A DNA stretch of 17,399 bases, taken from positions 1-17,399 of the forward strand of contig JBHLNT010000080.1 in the NCBI GenBank assembly GCA_048941265.1, read 5' to 3'. The position numbers and the translations under genes were made by a program. The notes under the pieces were generated by a model. It searched no databases. It had not been told where the DNA came from and saw only the letters and a list, made by a program, of their open reading frames with translations. This document shows positions 16,201 through 17,399 of this stretch, in pieces (within the stretch, counting starts at the first letter, position 1; each line of letters begins with the position of its first letter). Origin of the DNA: Promethearchaeota archaeon (GTDB lineage: Archaea > Asgardarchaeota > Lokiarchaeia > Sigyniarchaeales > SOKP01).

Positions 16201-17399
16201 TTATATAAATCCACATAATATTTCTATTACTTCTTTTCTCAATGCCTCAGTGGACAACCTTGAATTAGATGTATTAAATTATTATACTGGAAAGTACGAT
16301 AAGTTAGGTGATCTTAATAATACTGACTATTTACCCTACGATTTTGAATTTAATCAAGAAATGCCAGCATTTTCTTATATAAATTTATCGAATTTCATAA
16401 TGAGATTAAGAATAAAAGGCTATAATTCAACTTATGGATCAGACTATAGATTAGACCTTGATTATTTGAACCTTTTAGTAGACAATTCAACATATACTTT
16501 ATATGCACCTTCATGGCCTAAATATCAAGTGATAGGGATAATCAAAGACCCATCATTAGCCAAATCTGAAAGAGCTTTTTGGAGTTCTGCATCTGAGAGA
16601 TATTACGATGTTGAGCAAACAACCAATACTGTGTATATCAATTATGAGAACGCTAGAAATTATGTATATCTTATGAATCGAGGTTCATTACCTAATGGTA
16701 CTTACGATAAAATTACTTCAGTTCTCATCCATAGTAATAGTATTGAAGATATAAATAGCGTACATACCCAATTAAAACAAGAGCTTAATAATGTTGAAGC
16801 AAATGTTTGGACTGTTCTTGATTTAAAAACTCAAACTTTAGAAAGCAGAAGATACGCCTTTGATTGGTATATCTGGATTAAAAATGGTTATGACGACGAG
16901 CAAGTTTTGGAAGATTTAACTCAATACATACAAGATCAAGGATATCTTGTTTTATTTGGATTTACCAGATCATTTGTCGAAGATATGTTCACTGGTATGA
17001 TAAATCTCATAACAATGATCACTACTGGAGTCTTAACCTTTGCTATAATTATCGCTATGATTGGATTAGCCTTGCATAGCCTTCTTTCTACAATGTCTCG
17101 GAGAAGAGAAATCGGAATGCTTAGATCAATTGGACTAAATAAAAAAGGGGTAATTAGGACTGTTTCTGGAGAAACGATCATCATATCACTACTTGGTGCT
17201 GCTATTGGCATTCTAGCAGGGCTTTTACAGGGTTTTCTTATGGTATCTGCTGTTCCTGACACGGGACTACTTACAGTAACATTTACAATACCCTGGCTTA
17301 CAATTGGTATATTAGTGGGGGTCACCATTGCAACTGCGATTATTAGTTCTCGATATCCTTCCAGATGGGCAGCAAATATAAACATCATTGATGCAGTTA
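13211..17399 (+). CDS. Very large FtsX/MacB-type ABC transporter permease, 3' end just outside the window
   Basis: Manual translation from ATG 13211 is open for 1396 codons to the window end. It begins MGVILKLAIRNMKRRKARYILTSLTLVIGVALF, has a first FtsX block (EYETGMLQAIGSSK...YPSWKASR), a second start-like segment (KNVLRHRKRTVLTFSMISL) and a second FtsX block (RRREIGMLRSIGLNK...YPSRWAANINIIDAV). It starts 15 bp after the padR stop. Missed by the ORF track because it has no stop in the window. Confidence 0.93.
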   Translation, partial: MGVILKLAIRNMKRRKARYILTSLTLVIGVALFGGILIANDSFQVTFVNDIDRRMGTADILLRDTENADGWFNPNDLKDVKDLDHVTDIAYRISGFNIQVTAVEGGSLDDNSTSSAIYGIDPDSKGEQHLGGPPTILDSKVDGNSLEDLLKDASSDEIVITESLKIKLGKDFEAGDTIYIFPIDYEKTFPTGEQELVKTDSSLWPKYKVLAIIRDNGEARDFDPDTPEQFSSPSRGPCIFTTLGTAHDLVDGLNDYDDKVTLAAIGVDDLNLIKDVIKEIDHDLDNDKWVAADLKSDSVDQINSSMTMLRTMFLMFALVALILSIILIMNIFNIIKEEQEYETGMLQAIGSSKSETFKMFLYQGIIMGIIGAIIGTIGSYFMSYFIFWLTIESLRNLPGGVGEYFQGFEFGIVLYPQTIIVTLAVGIISCILASIYPSWKASRKPIIECLNPLAQKAEREKKHFKRKILVGIMALLLIAIGSYLLFTLSRFGPERSEEASTISMIAPTMILLGIIGLMNLFVSPLTRVFVKIFSPYLKHTTLLTGKNVLRHRKRTVLTFSMISLTTSYLIGLSVFLGSIEAGVQTTVNDVMGCDVRIICYGTPLEFGNKLEDRKGVDEVMGVTYENIQIWDGHKWVGHRQLEKEWDVSITANVVEPKMMKKHMNETVVLDPSSKPFEKLITDLSDENTVMIPKETADKFDLKKGDTVLVRFSLGVDYPSATALRDHDVDNAVEITCNVKLKVIAIVDDVQGFGFSNLIGQDVESYSIFISWNTWDSISLNNLNGGGTDLMFRHKSQSGEPGIDNFQSKWFNFSEVIGAIENVSNIDYYTTRMDYFSPTYGAEVLFNPFDPAINFESSVVGIRTNSSGKLVDDSYFGQNTLIDKSDEYSGSTMEQLLNNTKMVCVVDESYANLMKESDSSFGIGSNITIFPQEFQSMQYQIFANSLYTSVTTTNGSSTGLVDFLTLPAPIEPNNMTFTSNKTSMEVIIDFDMTYFMTHYINPHNISITSFLNASVDNLELDVLNYYTGKYDKLGDLNNTDYLPYDFEFNQEMPAFSYINLSNFIMRLRIKGYNSTYGSDYRLDLDYLNLLVDNSTYTLYAPSWPKYQVIGIIKDPSLAKSERAFWSSASERYYDVEQTTNTVYINYENARNYVYLMNRGSLPNGTYDKITSVLIHSNSIEDINSVHTQLKQELNNVEANVWTVLDLKTQTLESRRYAFDWYIWIKNGYDDEQVLEDLTQYIQDQGYLVLFGFTRSFVEDMFTGMINLITMITTGVLTFAIIIAMIGLALHSLLSTMSRRREIGMLRSIGLNKKGVIRTVSGETIIISLLGAAIGILAGLLQGFLMVSAVPDTGLLTVTFTIPWLTIGILVGVTIATAIISSRYPSRWAANINIIDAV

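Noticed and set aside
14572-17388. Minus-strand ORFs 14572..14883 and 16936..17388
   Set aside because: Both are antisense to transmembrane blocks of the continuous plus-strand permease starting at 13211.
1-17399. CRISPR array, tRNA/rRNA, transposase or integrase
   Set aside because: No regularly spaced repeats, GC-rich structured islands or mobile-element motifs were seen; the long repeats are explained by the paralogous genes.

Overview
AT-rich anaerobe-type metabolic region that looks archaeal: TATA-like boxes 27-29 bp before start codons, oligo-T tracts after stops, GGTGA Shine-Dalgarno motifs and an N-sequon-rich membrane protein. An Asgard/Lokiarchaeia-like origin is an inference only. 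Gene order: 3' end of a CCG-domain Fe-S oxidoreductase; a C45 Ntn-hydrolase/acyltransferase; a minus-strand radical 2-hydroxyacyl-CoA dehydratase (HgdAB/HadBC/BcrBC family) cluster; lsrF-like thiolase; MBL-fold hydrolase; Zn-dependent dehydrogenase; PadR regulator; and a >1396-aa FtsX/MacB-type ABC permease that runs off the window and is missing from the ORF track. The dehydratase cluster has four alpha-subunit paralogs and a relic of a fifth, but only one beta subunit and one HgdC-type activator. Top candidates for a new system: (1) this 4:1:1 cluster, possibly a swappable-catalytic-subunit enzyme, and (2) the permease, in which a third extracellular domain is nested inside the second and itself carries a sequon-rich beta-domain insert. 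No RNA genes, CRISPR arrays or mobile elements were seen.
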